This document shows positions 54,654 to 63,784 of a stretch of DNA of 64,000 nt, in pieces (the first letter of the stretch is position 1; every line of letters begins with the position of its first letter). The DNA comes from an uncultured Dehalococcoidia bacterium. Lineage in GTDB: Bacteria; Chloroflexota; Dehalococcoidia; Lucifugimonadales; UBA1123. The notes beneath the pieces are model-generated. The model did no database searches and was not told where the DNA came from. It worked only from the letters and a program-made list of their open reading frames with translations. The stretch is taken from the NCBI GenBank assembly GCA_964640295.1, contig CAZXFX010000002.1, positions 5,758 through 69,757 on the forward strand, written 5' to 3'. The translations under genes and the position numbers were made by a program.

Positions 54654-55931
54654 CTACGCCACCGCGCGGCCGGTCCTGTAAACGCGACGCAGGTCCGGCA
54701 GCGACAAGCCGAATGCCGACAGGAACGCCAGGAATACTATCGCCGACACATACATGATGGGAGGCGAAGAGAAGGCGTCGGCGATAAATCCGTATCCCAG
54801 GTTGGCGAACGCCATTATCCCGCCTGCGTGCAGTATGTACAGGCTCGAAATCCTGCCCCTCAACCTGTCCGGCGCGAGTGTCTGCACATAAGTGGTGGTC
54901 AGGGCCATGAACGTTGACTGCGCCCCGCCCATGATGACAGACACGGCGATTGCCGTCGCAGCGTTCGGACTGAACGCCAGCATAATGGGGGTAACGCCGC
55001 TAATGACGCCAGTCCACAGCAGCCACTGCCCCTTTCGGCGCTCGCTTCTCACGCCCGCCATTATTATCGTTCCGACCAGCGAACCCGCACCAAATCCCAT
55101 TACCATATATCCCAGGATGGAGCCGTCCACCGCGCCCAATTCATTCCGCGAAAACACGGGGAGCACCGAGTCGAACGACATCACAAGAGCGCAATGGAAC
55201 GCCACCAGCATTATGAAGATGGCGATCATCTTGTCGGTGTAGATGTAGATCAGTCCATCAATCATGCTCCGCATGATGCCCGTCTGCGCCATGGCGTCGC
55301 CCGTGGAGCGCGTTCGCGTTAGCGATATGAAAATAGTTCCCATAACCTGACAGCCCACGCTGAGAGCGAGAACGCCCGAAACGCCAATGAACGGTATCGC
55401 CAACAATGGCGACGCCACCAGCAGGCCAAAGAAGCGCGCTCCGTGTCTCGTAGCCGCGTTTAGCGTGATGGCGTTCAGAAGGTCTTCTCGCGGCACCTGG
55501 TTGGGAATCAGCGACGCCATAGCCGGCTCCTGCATGGACCTCATACTGCCGGAGATGAACGTGAGCGCGGCGAGATGCCACAGCACCAGGACATCCGCGA
55601 ATACCAGCGCTGTAACTATGGCGGTTACGATTCCGTTTGCGATGAATGTAAACCGAGCCACTCGCTGGCGGTCCATTCTATCGGCTATGAGTCCCGCAAT
55701 CGGCGAAATCAGCAGGAACGGCAGCATGGAGGCGAAAGTCACTATCCCCACGTCGCCGGACCTGTCCGACTTCTGGAGGATGAGCCATGAGATGGCGACT
55801 ATGAATGTCCACATCGCCGCCCCTGAGAACATATTGGCGGTCCAGGTGAAGCGATAGTCCCTATGCTTGAGGGCCGCTAGATGAGGCGCGTCCACCAGTT
55901 GCCGAACGTCTCGTAATTTGGTCATTGACAT
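54654..55931 (-). CDS. MFS transporter
   Basis: 425-aa polytopic ORF with GLIADRMDRQRV loop motif and about 12 hydrophobic segments. Confidence 0.8.
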   Translation of the reverse strand: MSMTKLRDVRQLVDAPHLAALKHRDYRFTWTANMFSGAAMWTFIVAISWLILQKSDRSGDVGIVTFASMLPFLLISPIAGLIADRMDRQRVARFTFIANGIVTAIVTALVFADVLVLWHLAALTFISGSMRSMQEPAMASLIPNQVPREDLLNAITLNAATRHGARFFGLLVASPLLAIPFIGVSGVLALSVGCQVMGTIFISLTRTRSTGDAMAQTGIMRSMIDGLIYIYTDKMIAIFIMLVAFHCALVMSFDSVLPVFSRNELGAVDGSILGYMVMGFGAGSLVGTIIMAGVRSERRKGQWLLWTGVISGVTPIMLAFSPNAATAIAVSVIMGGAQSTFMALTTTYVQTLAPDRLRGRISSLYILHAGGIMAFANLGYGFIADAFSSPPIMYVSAIVFLAFLSAFGLSLPDLRRVYRTGRAVA

Positions 55932-56132
55932 TTATGCGCGCCTGCCCTCATGCGAGTTAGAGTGCGATTATAACAGCCGCTTCTTCAATTAGCACGATAT
56001 TTGGACAAGTCAAAAGCGCGGGATGACGGGTTGTCGAGTGAGTGGCCGTCAGTGGCGGGTACGGAGGAAGGGACTTTTGCCCGAAGTGGGCCACCGACTA
56101 AATCGTTACAGGTACACCACTTTCTTTTCGCG

Positions 56133-56161
56133 TTGACCGCGCAACTCGCCATCGCTATCAT
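56133..56161 (+). promoter_or_regulatory. sigma-70-like promoter candidate for tatA
   Basis: TTGACC (56133-56138), a 17-nt spacer, then TATCAT (56156-56161), about 35 nt upstream of the tatA ATG. Confidence 0.35.
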
Positions 56162-56194
56162 ATACTGAAAGGTCGTAGCGCAAGGAGCTTGGCG

Positions 56195-56389
56195 ATGATT
56201 CCTAAGATTGGACCCATGGAGTTGATAATCATCCTGGTGATAGTGATGATTATCTTTGGCGTCGGAAAACTGAGTGACATAGGCGGAGCTTTGGGCAGGT
56301 CAATCAAAGAGTTCCGAAAGTCGTCAATGGACGACACGCAGGAACAGACCGCCAGCGCGAAAGATAGTTCAGGCCAGAAGACGTCCTAA
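56195..56389 (+). CDS. tatA: twin-arginine translocase TatA/TatE family subunit
   Basis: N-terminal TM helix followed by an amphipathic helix ([37 protein letters not shown]). ATG 56195, 7 nt after AGGAG, is preferred over TTG 56189. Confidence 0.88.
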   Translation: MIPKIGPMELIIILVIVMIIFGVGKLSDIGGALGRSIKEFRKSSMDDTQEQTASAKDSSGQKTS

Positions 56390-56413
56390 CCGCATTCAAC
56401 TCTCGCAAAATCA

Positions 56414-56435
56414 GAGCCGCCTCGCATGAGACGGC
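56414..56435. terminator. hairpin between convergent tatA and tatC
   Basis: AGCCGCCTC-GCAT-GAGACGGCT imperfect stem-loop followed by TTCTATT. Confidence 0.4.
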
Positions 56436-56438
56436 TTT

Positions 56439-57203
56439 CTATTGTCTGCTCTGTTCGGGTTCCAACCTGCTGGCGACATTCCTTCCCCTACCCGCCAACT
56501 TAGCCAGCCAGACGCTGATTTCGTATAAGACGATGATGGGCGCCGCCACCAATGTTTGATTAACAGGGTCGAATGTCGGCGTTATCACCGCTCCAAGTAT
56601 GAACGCGACGACGATGGCGTATCTGCGGTGTCTGCCGAGAAAGCTGGACGAAACTACCCCAATCTTGGCGAGGAAGAAAATCACCACGGGCAACTCGAAG
56701 ATAATTCCCATCCAAAATAACAGCGTGATCATCAAGTTTATATAATTGCTGATGCTTATCATCGGGACCGCAATGTCATTCCCAAAGTTCAATAGGAAAT
56801 CCACCATGGGCGGGAACAGTACGAAATATCCGAATGTCGCTCCCGATACGAAGGCCAACAAGCTCACCGGCATTAGGGAGTACAGGTAGATTCGCTCCTT
56901 CCGATTTAGCCCGGGCGAGACGAACATTGCGATTTGATATAGAACGAACGGCAATGAAACGAATATCCCGAACAGTAGAGAAGCTTTGAAAGCGATGCTG
57001 ATCAGTTCAGCCAGATTGGTGAATACAGGCCCGCCTATGGGCGTCTCCTCGAACTGTTTGGCGGGACCCATCAGCAGCCTTAGTATTTGCTGATGGAACA
57101 CAAAGGCGATGGCTGTGGTCGCCGCGACTGAAATCGCCGCATAGGTCATCCTTCGGCGGAGTTCGAGGAGGTGGGACCTCATTGGAAGCGGCTTATCGTT
57201 CAT
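56439..57203 (-). CDS. tatC: twin-arginine translocase subunit TatC
   Basis: 254-aa ORF with six hydrophobic segments, SHLLELRRR near the N-terminus and FVSPGL and TPTFDPVNQ blocks typical of TatC. Confidence 0.9.
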   Translation of the reverse strand: MNDKPLPMRSHLLELRRRMTYAAISVAATTAIAFVFHQQILRLLMGPAKQFEETPIGGPVFTNLAELISIAFKASLLFGIFVSLPFVLYQIAMFVSPGLNRKERIYLYSLMPVSLLAFVSGATFGYFVLFPPMVDFLLNFGNDIAVPMISISNYINLMITLLFWMGIIFELPVVIFFLAKIGVVSSSFLGRHRRYAIVVAFILGAVITPTFDPVNQTLVAAPIIVLYEISVWLAKLAGRGRNVASRLEPEQSRQ

Positions 57204-57568
57204 GGAATCTTATCGTCCCGAGCGGATTGCGGGGAATCGGAGTCTGACTGAGACCTATTCGAGTCCGGCGAAAATGCCACGGGAGCGTCGTCCTCACGCT
57301 CGTCCTGGATTTCCGCGTCACTCTTCGCGCTCTCGGTCGGCCTTCGACCCTCGTCGCGCGTCATGCTAATAGTCTCGTCGCCGCTCACCACCTTTATGTC
57401 GTCGTCCTCCACCACCACGCGCGGCATCTCGGACGCCAGTCTGCGCCCTTCCCCAAACATCCTCCCCATGAATCGCGCCGCGTCAACCATGCGGTCTGGC
57501 CCCAGAACGATGAAAGCAATCAGCAGAACCGTCAGTATCTCCAGCGGCCCCATTCCCAGTATGCTCAA
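57200..57568 (-). CDS. twin-arginine translocase TatA/TatB family subunit
   Basis: 122-aa ORF with N-terminal GPLEILTVLLIAFIVLGPDRMVDAARFMGR and an acidic tail. Overlaps the tatC start by 4 nt. Confidence 0.8.
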   Translation of the reverse strand: MSILGMGPLEILTVLLIAFIVLGPDRMVDAARFMGRMFGEGRRLASEMPRVVVEDDDIKVVSGDETISMTRDEGRRPTESAKSDAEIQDEREDDAPVAFSPDSNRSQSDSDSPQSARDDKIP

Positions 57569-57571
57569 GTC

Positions 57572-58231
57572 TTACTCTCCAGCATTGCCCTTCAGGCGAC
57601 AATCTTCGCACCTGCCATGGTAAGGGATTTCAGAGAACGACCGCAATTTCAACTTGACGCTCAATGACTCGACCAACTCGACAAGCCGACAGAGCGGCAG
57701 CCCCACTACGTTCAGGTAGCATCCTTCTACCCGCGTCACGGGACTGAATTCATCGTCTTGAACCGCATAAGCGCCCGCCTTATCGAACGGCTCGCGTCTC
57801 GCTATATACATCTCGATATCTTCGTCCGAATAGTTTCTGGCATGAATGCGCGAGATTTCGACGCAGGAACGCAATTCTCCCGAACCGACATCGAGCGCGA
57901 CGATTCCCGTAACTACCAGGTGCGCTCGATTCCGCAACCTCCTCAACATGAATCTCGCTTCCTCATCGGAGTTCGGCTTTCCCAGAATCTCCCTGTCGAG
58001 CGCTACTACGGTGTCCGCGCCGACCAGTATCCCGGAGTCGCCCGCCTGTCTGGCGCCGCCCAGTTTGGCCGCGGCGCAGCGAACGACATAGTCATCCGGA
58101 GACTCGCCCTCATCCGGCCTCGGCTCCTCGCCTCGCGCCCCCTCGATTGACACGGGGTTGAGCAGCGCTCTTATGATCTCCCTCCTCCTCGGCGAGGAAG
58201 ACAGCAGCGTTATCACATCCAAGCCAGTCAC
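57572..58231 (-). CDS. maf: Maf family nucleoside triphosphate pyrophosphatase
   Basis: LSSSPRRREI, GADTVV, GKP and KAGAYAVQ blocks. A C-terminal extension of about 30 aa contains two Cys residues. Confidence 0.85.
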   Translation of the reverse strand: MTGLDVITLLSSSPRRREIIRALLNPVSIEGARGEEPRPDEGESPDDYVVRCAAAKLGGARQAGDSGILVGADTVVALDREILGKPNSDEEARFMLRRLRNRAHLVVTGIVALDVGSGELRSCVEISRIHARNYSDEDIEMYIARREPFDKAGAYAVQDDEFSPVTRVEGCYLNVVGLPLCRLVELVESLSVKLKLRSFSEIPYHGRCEDCRLKGNAGE

Positions 58232-59517
58232 CCCTCGCCCCGCTCAGACCCCAAACGAAGAATCGTCACCGATTCCACGTGATAGGTCTGAGGAAACATA
58301 TCCACAGGCTGAATATAATCAATTTCGTATCCGCCCCGCGCCAAGAGATCCAGGTCACGGGCGAGCGAGGGCGGGTCGCAGGACACATACGCGACTCTGC
58401 GCGGCCTCAGCGCGAGAAGAGACTCGATTGCTTGCGGGTGGCATCCCGACCTCGGCGGATCGAGAATCACCGCTTCCGGCGCCCCATCGAGACCGCAAAT
58501 CTCTACCAGATCCGACAGCGCCTCTTCTGTCTTCAACTGTACGAACTCGACGTTGCTCAATCCCTCGGCGTTCAGTTTGCCGTCCTGAACCGCCGAAGCG
58601 GACTCTTCGATTGCGATTGCGCGCCCCACATGCGGCGACAGCAATATCGCGAACACCCCAACGCCCGCGTATGCGTCAACCAGCGCGTCGCTTTCACTCA
58701 GTTCCAACCCGTTACGAACCAAATGGACTAGATTCTCCGCCTGAGCGGTGTTCACCTGAAAGAAAGACGGAGAAGCGACTCGCAGTTCTCTCCCCATCAT
58801 CCGCTCCATGTAGTGAGCCTGACCCGATGGAACTCCAATGTCCGGATTCTGAAAGGTCGGCTGCGCGAGCAGGTCGCCGGTGTTCGCGCCCACCCTGAGC
58901 GACATATTCGTCGTCTCCGCCGCCTTGTCCTGAAATTCAGTCAGCGCGCCGTTTATCGCCGGGTCCATCAGCATGCAATGCTCTACCCGCACGAACCTGC
59001 GCGTGATTCGATTCGAGAATCCCAGTTGCCCTCCCATACGAACAGTGAACCGAGCGTGATTGCGATAGTAGTACTCTTTCGGAGCCGCCAGCGCAGGCAG
59101 AACTCCCACTCGGGAAAGCGATTCATATCGCGCTATGCGCTCTCTGATCGTGTCGCGCTTGAATCTTAGCTGCGCCGGATACGCTATATGCTGCCACTGG
59201 CAGCCCGAACACGGACCGCAGTACCCGCACCTCGGAGCCACCCTGTCAGCCGACGCCTCTATTACCTTCGACACGATCCCGGAAACAACGTCCTTGCGCC
59301 GCCGCCTATAGCGATAGACGCGCGCGATTACTCGCTCTCCGGGCAGTCCGCCCGCCACATTGATGGACTGACCCTCGAACTCAGCCGTCGCGTCCCCAAG
59401 CTCTCCCAATTCGCCCAGTTCCAGCTCGGCGAACTCCGCCGGCAAATCGGCGGAGCGTGTCTTTTTACGTCTTCTCCTGGTCACTGCTCCCAACCGCCAT
59501 CCTGACTCGGTTCTCAA
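58228..59517 (-). CDS. TRAM-domain class I SAM-dependent RNA (uracil-5)-methyltransferase, RlmD/RumA-like
   Basis: Fe-S Cys cluster CGYCGPCSGCQWQH, SAM-binding DAYAGVGVF, and ILDPPRSG followed by VSCDP. The start codon (TTG 59517 or GTG 59484) is unresolved. Confidence 0.8.
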   Translation of the reverse strand: MRTESGWRLGAVTRRRRKKTRSADLPAEFAELELGELGELGDATAEFEGQSINVAGGLPGERVIARVYRYRRRRKDVVSGIVSKVIEASADRVAPRCGYCGPCSGCQWQHIAYPAQLRFKRDTIRERIARYESLSRVGVLPALAAPKEYYYRNHARFTVRMGGQLGFSNRITRRFVRVEHCMLMDPAINGALTEFQDKAAETTNMSLRVGANTGDLLAQPTFQNPDIGVPSGQAHYMERMMGRELRVASPSFFQVNTAQAENLVHLVRNGLELSESDALVDAYAGVGVFAILLSPHVGRAIAIEESASAVQDGKLNAEGLSNVEFVQLKTEEALSDLVEICGLDGAPEAVILDPPRSGCHPQAIESLLALRPRRVAYVSCDPPSLARDLDLLARGGYEIDYIQPVDMFPQTYHVESVTILRLGSERGEG

Positions 59518-59754
59518 AGATTCCCGATAAATATACGTCCCAATAACAAACTATACCATTGTAGCGCGAATTGACTTCGCATAGCGGGGAGCGCGCAAAG
59601 CAAAGAGATACGCAGCGTCCCGTTCGCCTCCGGCCTGTCAAAGGGCGCTCTAAAATTCAGTCAGCCGCCAGACAATTCAAAATTCGCCACTCGCCACTCG
59701 CTATTCTTCATCATCAAATCTGCTATTATCTGAGTATAGACAAAGGGGGTACAG

Positions 59755-60642
59755 ATGACAGTGACGCGCCGACTTCCCGAATGGTTCAAGGTGCCGATGC
59801 CCGGCGGGCCGAACTATATCAGCCTGCGCGAACGGTTCAGGTCAGAAGAACTTCATACGGTCTGCGAAGAGGCGCGGTGTCCCAACATCGGCGACTGCTG
59901 GGAACGCGGCTCCGCCACTTTCATGATACTAGGCGATATTTGCACCCGCGCCTGCGCCTACTGCGCCGTAACGACAGGACTGCCGCAAGGCCTAGACCTC
60001 CAAGAGCCTATTCGCCTCGCTGAAACTGTCGCGCGACTCGGACTGAAATACGTGGTCATCACCTCCGTGAACAGAGACGACCTCCCAGACGGCGGCGCTT
60101 TCATCTTCGCCCAGTGCGTCAAGCAGATACGAAACCGGACGCCGGACTGTAAAGTGGAGTTGCTGATTCCGGATTTCCAAGGAAACTGGGACGCGCTCGC
60201 CTCCACGATGGAAGCCAGGCCCGACACTCTGAACCACAACATAGAAACCGTGAGGCGAGTCTTCAAGCGCGTCCGCCCAAAAGGGAACTACGATCAGTCC
60301 CTGGAACTCATCAGGCGCGTGAAAGAGTTGACCCCGAACGCGGTGACCAAATCGGGAATGATGGTCGGCCTGGGCGAAACGTGGGACGAGATACTGGATA
60401 CCATGAGAGACTTGAGGTCTGTGGACTGCGACCTTCTTACCATAGGGCAGTATCTCAGACCGTCTCAAAAGCACGCGCCAATCGCCAAGTGGTACACGCC
60501 CGGCGAGTTCGAAGAGTTGAGACTGGAGGGCGAGGCGCTCGGATTTCGCCACGTAGCGTCTGGTCCGCTGGTAAGAAGTTCATACCATGCGGACGAGCAA
60601 CACGAGGCCGCGGCCGGAAGCCTGACGCTCAATCCTGTCTGA
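59755..60642 (+). CDS. lipA: lipoyl synthase
   Basis: CEEARCPNIGDCW auxiliary-cluster motif and CTRACAYCAV radical-SAM CxxxCxxC motif. The C-terminal RSSY motif is present. Confidence 0.95.
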   Translation: MTVTRRLPEWFKVPMPGGPNYISLRERFRSEELHTVCEEARCPNIGDCWERGSATFMILGDICTRACAYCAVTTGLPQGLDLQEPIRLAETVARLGLKYVVITSVNRDDLPDGGAFIFAQCVKQIRNRTPDCKVELLIPDFQGNWDALASTMEARPDTLNHNIETVRRVFKRVRPKGNYDQSLELIRRVKELTPNAVTKSGMMVGLGETWDEILDTMRDLRSVDCDLLTIGQYLRPSQKHAPIAKWYTPGEFEELRLEGEALGFRHVASGPLVRSSYHADEQHEAAAGSLTLNPV

Positions 60643-60658
60643 AAGATTCGCCTCGGCG

Positions 60659-60958
60659 CTAATCGGACGAAGGCAGCTTTCTGGGCTGCTGCACTTCCAT
60701 TGTCTCACCGTTGTATCGCAGGTCGCACTGTCCCGGTTTGGTCACCAAGACTGTGACCGCGCCATCGGGAGACTGGTAGCGTCTTCCGAGGTTGATTGTC
60801 TGAACGTCGTCGTCCGGCGGGCGCCCATTGTCGAACCCGGCTCCCTCTCCCTTCACCTGGAGGTGAACCTCACCATCCGACAATACGCCGTCCCCGCCTT
60901 TGGTTACAATCAACTCGGCTCCCGATGGAGTAACGTACCTAGCGCCCGCCTTAATCAT
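60659..60958 (-). CDS. hypothetical small protein with internal duplication
   Basis: Two related segments (GARYVTPSGAELIVTKGGDG and GRRYQSPDGAVTVLVTKPGQ). ATG 60958 is preferred over ORF-track 61021 because a good promoter-like element would start transcription near 61020. Confidence 0.45.
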   Translation of the reverse strand: MIKAGARYVTPSGAELIVTKGGDGVLSDGEVHLQVKGEGAGFDNGRPPDDDVQTINLGRRYQSPDGAVTVLVTKPGQCDLRYNGETMEVQQPRKLPSSD

Positions 60959-61026
60959 TCCCGCATACCTCTGTACTTCTATATTCCTGTCATTTAATCG
61001 CAAATTAACATTTAAGCGCAAGACAG

Positions 61027-61056
61027 ACTATAAGACGATATATTTGAGCTTGTCAA
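61027..61056 (-). promoter_or_regulatory. sigma-70-like promoter candidate (minus strand)
   Basis: On the minus strand there is TTGACA (61056-61051), an 18-nt spacer, then TATAGT (61032-61027). Confidence 0.4.
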
Positions 61057-61229
61057 TGCGCTCCCTCCGTTCAATCTTCGACACCCGCAGACTTCTATAT
61101 GCCCCGCCTGCGCGTTCCCTGAGAGATCTGAACAGGTCGAGGGCCATGTCCGCGCTCCGGACAGCGTTATTATTCTTATCCACAGTCCGTCTCTGCATAT
61201 CCGCGATAAATGGCCAAATTCCAAAATCA

Positions 61230-61264
61230 AAGGGTCGAAGGCTGTATTTCCGCCTTCGACCCTT
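61230..61264 (-). terminator. Rho-independent terminator candidate for ORF 61295-61720
   Basis: Perfect 13-bp stem AAGGGTCGAAGGC / GCCTTCGACCCTT with a 9-nt loop. On the minus strand it is followed by TGATTTTGGAATTT. Confidence 0.6.
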
Positions 61265-61294
61265 GGGAATTCTCCTCGCTAGAATTCGCCGCGC

Positions 61295-61720
61295 TTATTT
61301 CCAGCCCATGCTGCCGCCCTTTCGCGGTATGAGCGAAACCCTGTGTCCCTGAATGCATTTGTAGCGTTCCTCTCGAATCTCACGGCGCTTGCCGCTCAGA
61401 GAAGACTGCTTCATCTGAGACTGGCAGAACGGGCAGGTTACCTCATACACTACGCGGTTGCGAATCCGCTGAAGCTGGGCGTCAACCAGAGTTTCCTTGA
61501 GGTTTTGCGAATCGCCGATGTACCTGAACACGAATTTCGTAGCCGAACTCATCAGGTTCTTCGCGCTTATTGGCGTAGGCGGAACATATTTGTAGTCCAC
61601 GAAACCGCACTGAATGCACTCAGGCTCGTTATAGGTGATTATCAGGCTCGCCTCACAACGAGGACAGGCCTGGCGTTGACGTGTTTGTACAGCCGAGCTT
61701 GATGCCGGTAAAGTCACCAT
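61295..61720 (-). CDS. hypothetical zinc-ribbon protein
   Basis: 141-aa ORF with CPRC-x15-CIQC and CPFC-x22-CxxxH metal-binding-like pairs. No family recognised. Confidence 0.5.
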   Translation of the reverse strand: MVTLPASSSAVQTRQRQACPRCEASLIITYNEPECIQCGFVDYKYVPPTPISAKNLMSSATKFVFRYIGDSQNLKETLVDAQLQRIRNRVVYEVTCPFCQSQMKQSSLSGKRREIREERYKCIQGHRVSLIPRKGGSMGWK

Positions 61721-62108
61721 ATTGAATAACTCCTCACTGCGCTCCCGAAATTCGACATCGCTCTCGGCTTAGGTCGATATTTCAGCGCGCACTTATACTA
61801 AAGTCTGAATGAGTTCTTGATTGCCGATCCGGAGTGGCCCGAGGTAAAGACTCCGTAGATTCATGCCTGCGCTGACGCCCCACGCGCCTTTGCGGGCAAT
61901 CGCCTGAAGTGTCCGTCAGAGTCTGAGGCCCGGATGACGAGACGACCAAGTCACATTTAATTATAATTTAGCTGTCTCCAAAATTCGCAAGGTAGAAAAT
62001 TGAAGAAAATAGCCAATATTGTAAATTTTTCTCAAAAAGATATTTTCCAAGTACAATACGATTGCGTGACAACCGTATATACGTTTAACCTTATATCGGG
62101 CATATTTA

Positions 62109-62220
62109 TTACGATTATCGTAAGACGCGCTTCAATTATTACGCTTAATATGCAGCGCTTACGCCTTTTAGCTCCACTTGAAGTTCAGCCCCGTTGACCT
62201 ATGCGCTTACGAATGCGTAA
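62109..62220. promoter_or_regulatory. AT-rich region with TTACG/CGTAA palindromes (candidate operator sites) upstream of the CoA-transferase gene
   Basis: TTACG-ATTAT-CGTAA lies at 62109-62123 and TTACG-AATG-CGTAA at 62207-62220. Extra TTACG half-sites are at 62139 and 62159. GCGCTTACG is repeated at 62155 and 62203. Confidence 0.4.
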
Positions 62221-62315
62221 CATACGACTCATAGTTCCGCCAACGGACGAATCGGCGCTCGATTCCACTGTATCTGAAAATACCACCCACACTAAATCAC
62301 ATCGAGGGTATCCAC

Positions 62316-63587
62316 ATGGCAGGACCTCTGGAAGGAATCAAGGTACTCGAATTCACTCAGATAATCGCCGGACCGTTCGGCGGCATGATGCTGGCCGACA
62401 TGGGGGCGGACGTCATCAAGGTAGAGCCCATCGAAGGCGAACCGTGGCGACTCGCGCTCCAGTTCATACCAGGTGAATCCAAGACCTATATGTCTTTGAA
62501 CAGGGGCAAGCGAAGCCTGCCACTGGACCTTTCCAAGCCCGAAGGCGTCAAAATTGTCCATGAGATGATTCCCGAGATAGACGTCGTAATCATCAACGCG
62601 CGTCCGGATGTCCCTGAAAAACTCGGAATAGACTACGAGACGCTCACCGCCATCAACCCCCGCGTCATCTATTGCGACAATACCGCGTTCGGACGCAGCG
62701 GTCCCGACAGCTATCGCCCCGGCTACGACCTGATAATCCAGGCTATGAGCGGACTGATGGCCGCGGAGGGAAAGATCAAAGACGGCGTGCCGCAGCTTAT
62801 AACTTCGACTGCGGTAGCGGATTTCGCCACCGGCATCGCCATCGCCTGGGGCGTGTGCGCCGCCCTTTTTCACAGAGAACGGACGGGGCGCGGCCAAAAG
62901 GTGGAATCCACTCTTCTCGGAACGGCGCTCGGCGTCCAGACGGGCAGTTTCATGGAGATTGACGCTTTCGACGCCGAGCGAAGAACCGAGTTCCTCTCGA
63001 TCCTGAACGCAATGCGCGACTCAGGCGCCTCCTACGAAGAGATGCACCAGCAGTACGTTCAAATCGTATCGCCGTGGCGCGGCGGCAATATATACTATCG
63101 CACCTACAAGGCGAGGGATGGCGCCCTGGCGGTAGCCTGCCTGAGCGACCGCCTGCGAAAGCGCGTCGCCGACACGCTCGGAATAGACGACCCCCGCTTC
63201 AAACCCGGATTCGATCCGTTCGACGAAGAGACGATTGCCCGCTCTGAAGAGCTTGTAATGGAGGCCGAAAAGCTCTTCGTCGAAAAGACGGTGGATGAGT
63301 GGCTTGAGATATTCGACGGCGTCGGAGTGCCCGCCGGTCCCGTGCGCTACATACAGGAACTCCTCGAAGACGAACAAATCCAAGCCAACGGCCTGAGCGT
63401 CGAACTCGAACACACCCTTGCGGGCCGCGTTAAGATGGTAGGCCCCATAATCAATATGAGCGAAACGCCGCTCGAAGCCAGGTCGGCCTCCCCCGCTCTC
63501 GGAGAGCACACAGACGATATTTTGAGGGCGATGGGATACTCAGACGAGCAAATCGCCGATCTCAAAACGGACGGAGTAACCCTGTAA
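62316..63587 (+). CDS. family III CoA-transferase (CaiB/BaiF/Frc type)
   Basis: 423-aa ORF with PLEGIKVLEFTQIIAGPFGGMMLADMGADVIKVE at the N-terminus, SLNRGKRS, and YDLIIQAMSGLM containing the conserved Asp region. Confidence 0.88.
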   Translation: MAGPLEGIKVLEFTQIIAGPFGGMMLADMGADVIKVEPIEGEPWRLALQFIPGESKTYMSLNRGKRSLPLDLSKPEGVKIVHEMIPEIDVVIINARPDVPEKLGIDYETLTAINPRVIYCDNTAFGRSGPDSYRPGYDLIIQAMSGLMAAEGKIKDGVPQLITSTAVADFATGIAIAWGVCAALFHRERTGRGQKVESTLLGTALGVQTGSFMEIDAFDAERRTEFLSILNAMRDSGASYEEMHQQYVQIVSPWRGGNIYYRTYKARDGALAVACLSDRLRKRVADTLGIDDPRFKPGFDPFDEETIARSEELVMEAEKLFVEKTVDEWLEIFDGVGVPAGPVRYIQELLEDEQIQANGLSVELEHTLAGRVKMVGPIINMSETPLEARSASPALGEHTDDILRAMGYSDEQIADLKTDGVTL

Positions 63588-63784
63588 TCATGACTCAGCT
63601 CGCCGATATATCGAGAAAAAGTCCTTTCAATCTGGATGGGAGAAGGTTAAGGCGGGCGTGATCCAACCCAACTACCGAATTGATACAGGCTCGCGGTCGC
63701 TAACCAGTTTGACGCTATTCGTGACGCGATGCTATAAATATAGCGTTCAACGTAAATTCCTATTCATTCTGTGAGGTACTCTTC

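Noticed and set aside
49591-58898. Other long overlapping ORFs (49591-50454 +, 50791-51756 -, 53863-54681 +, 58158-58898 +, and similar ones at 15434-16129 and 16142-17373)
   Set aside because: Each is out of frame with or antisense to a gene with strong family motifs (UbiA, Fe-S protein, galU, rlmD-like, phosphoesterase, GNAT, ABC ATPase). All have Arg/Pro-biased composition.
61012-61230. 72-aa minus-strand ORF and the 150-aa plus-strand ORF (60900-61352) in the spacer between the two small genes
   Set aside because: The 72-aa ORF would start inside the terminator stem and run across the promoter-like element. The 150-aa ORF is antisense to both small genes. Neither has an RBS or motif.
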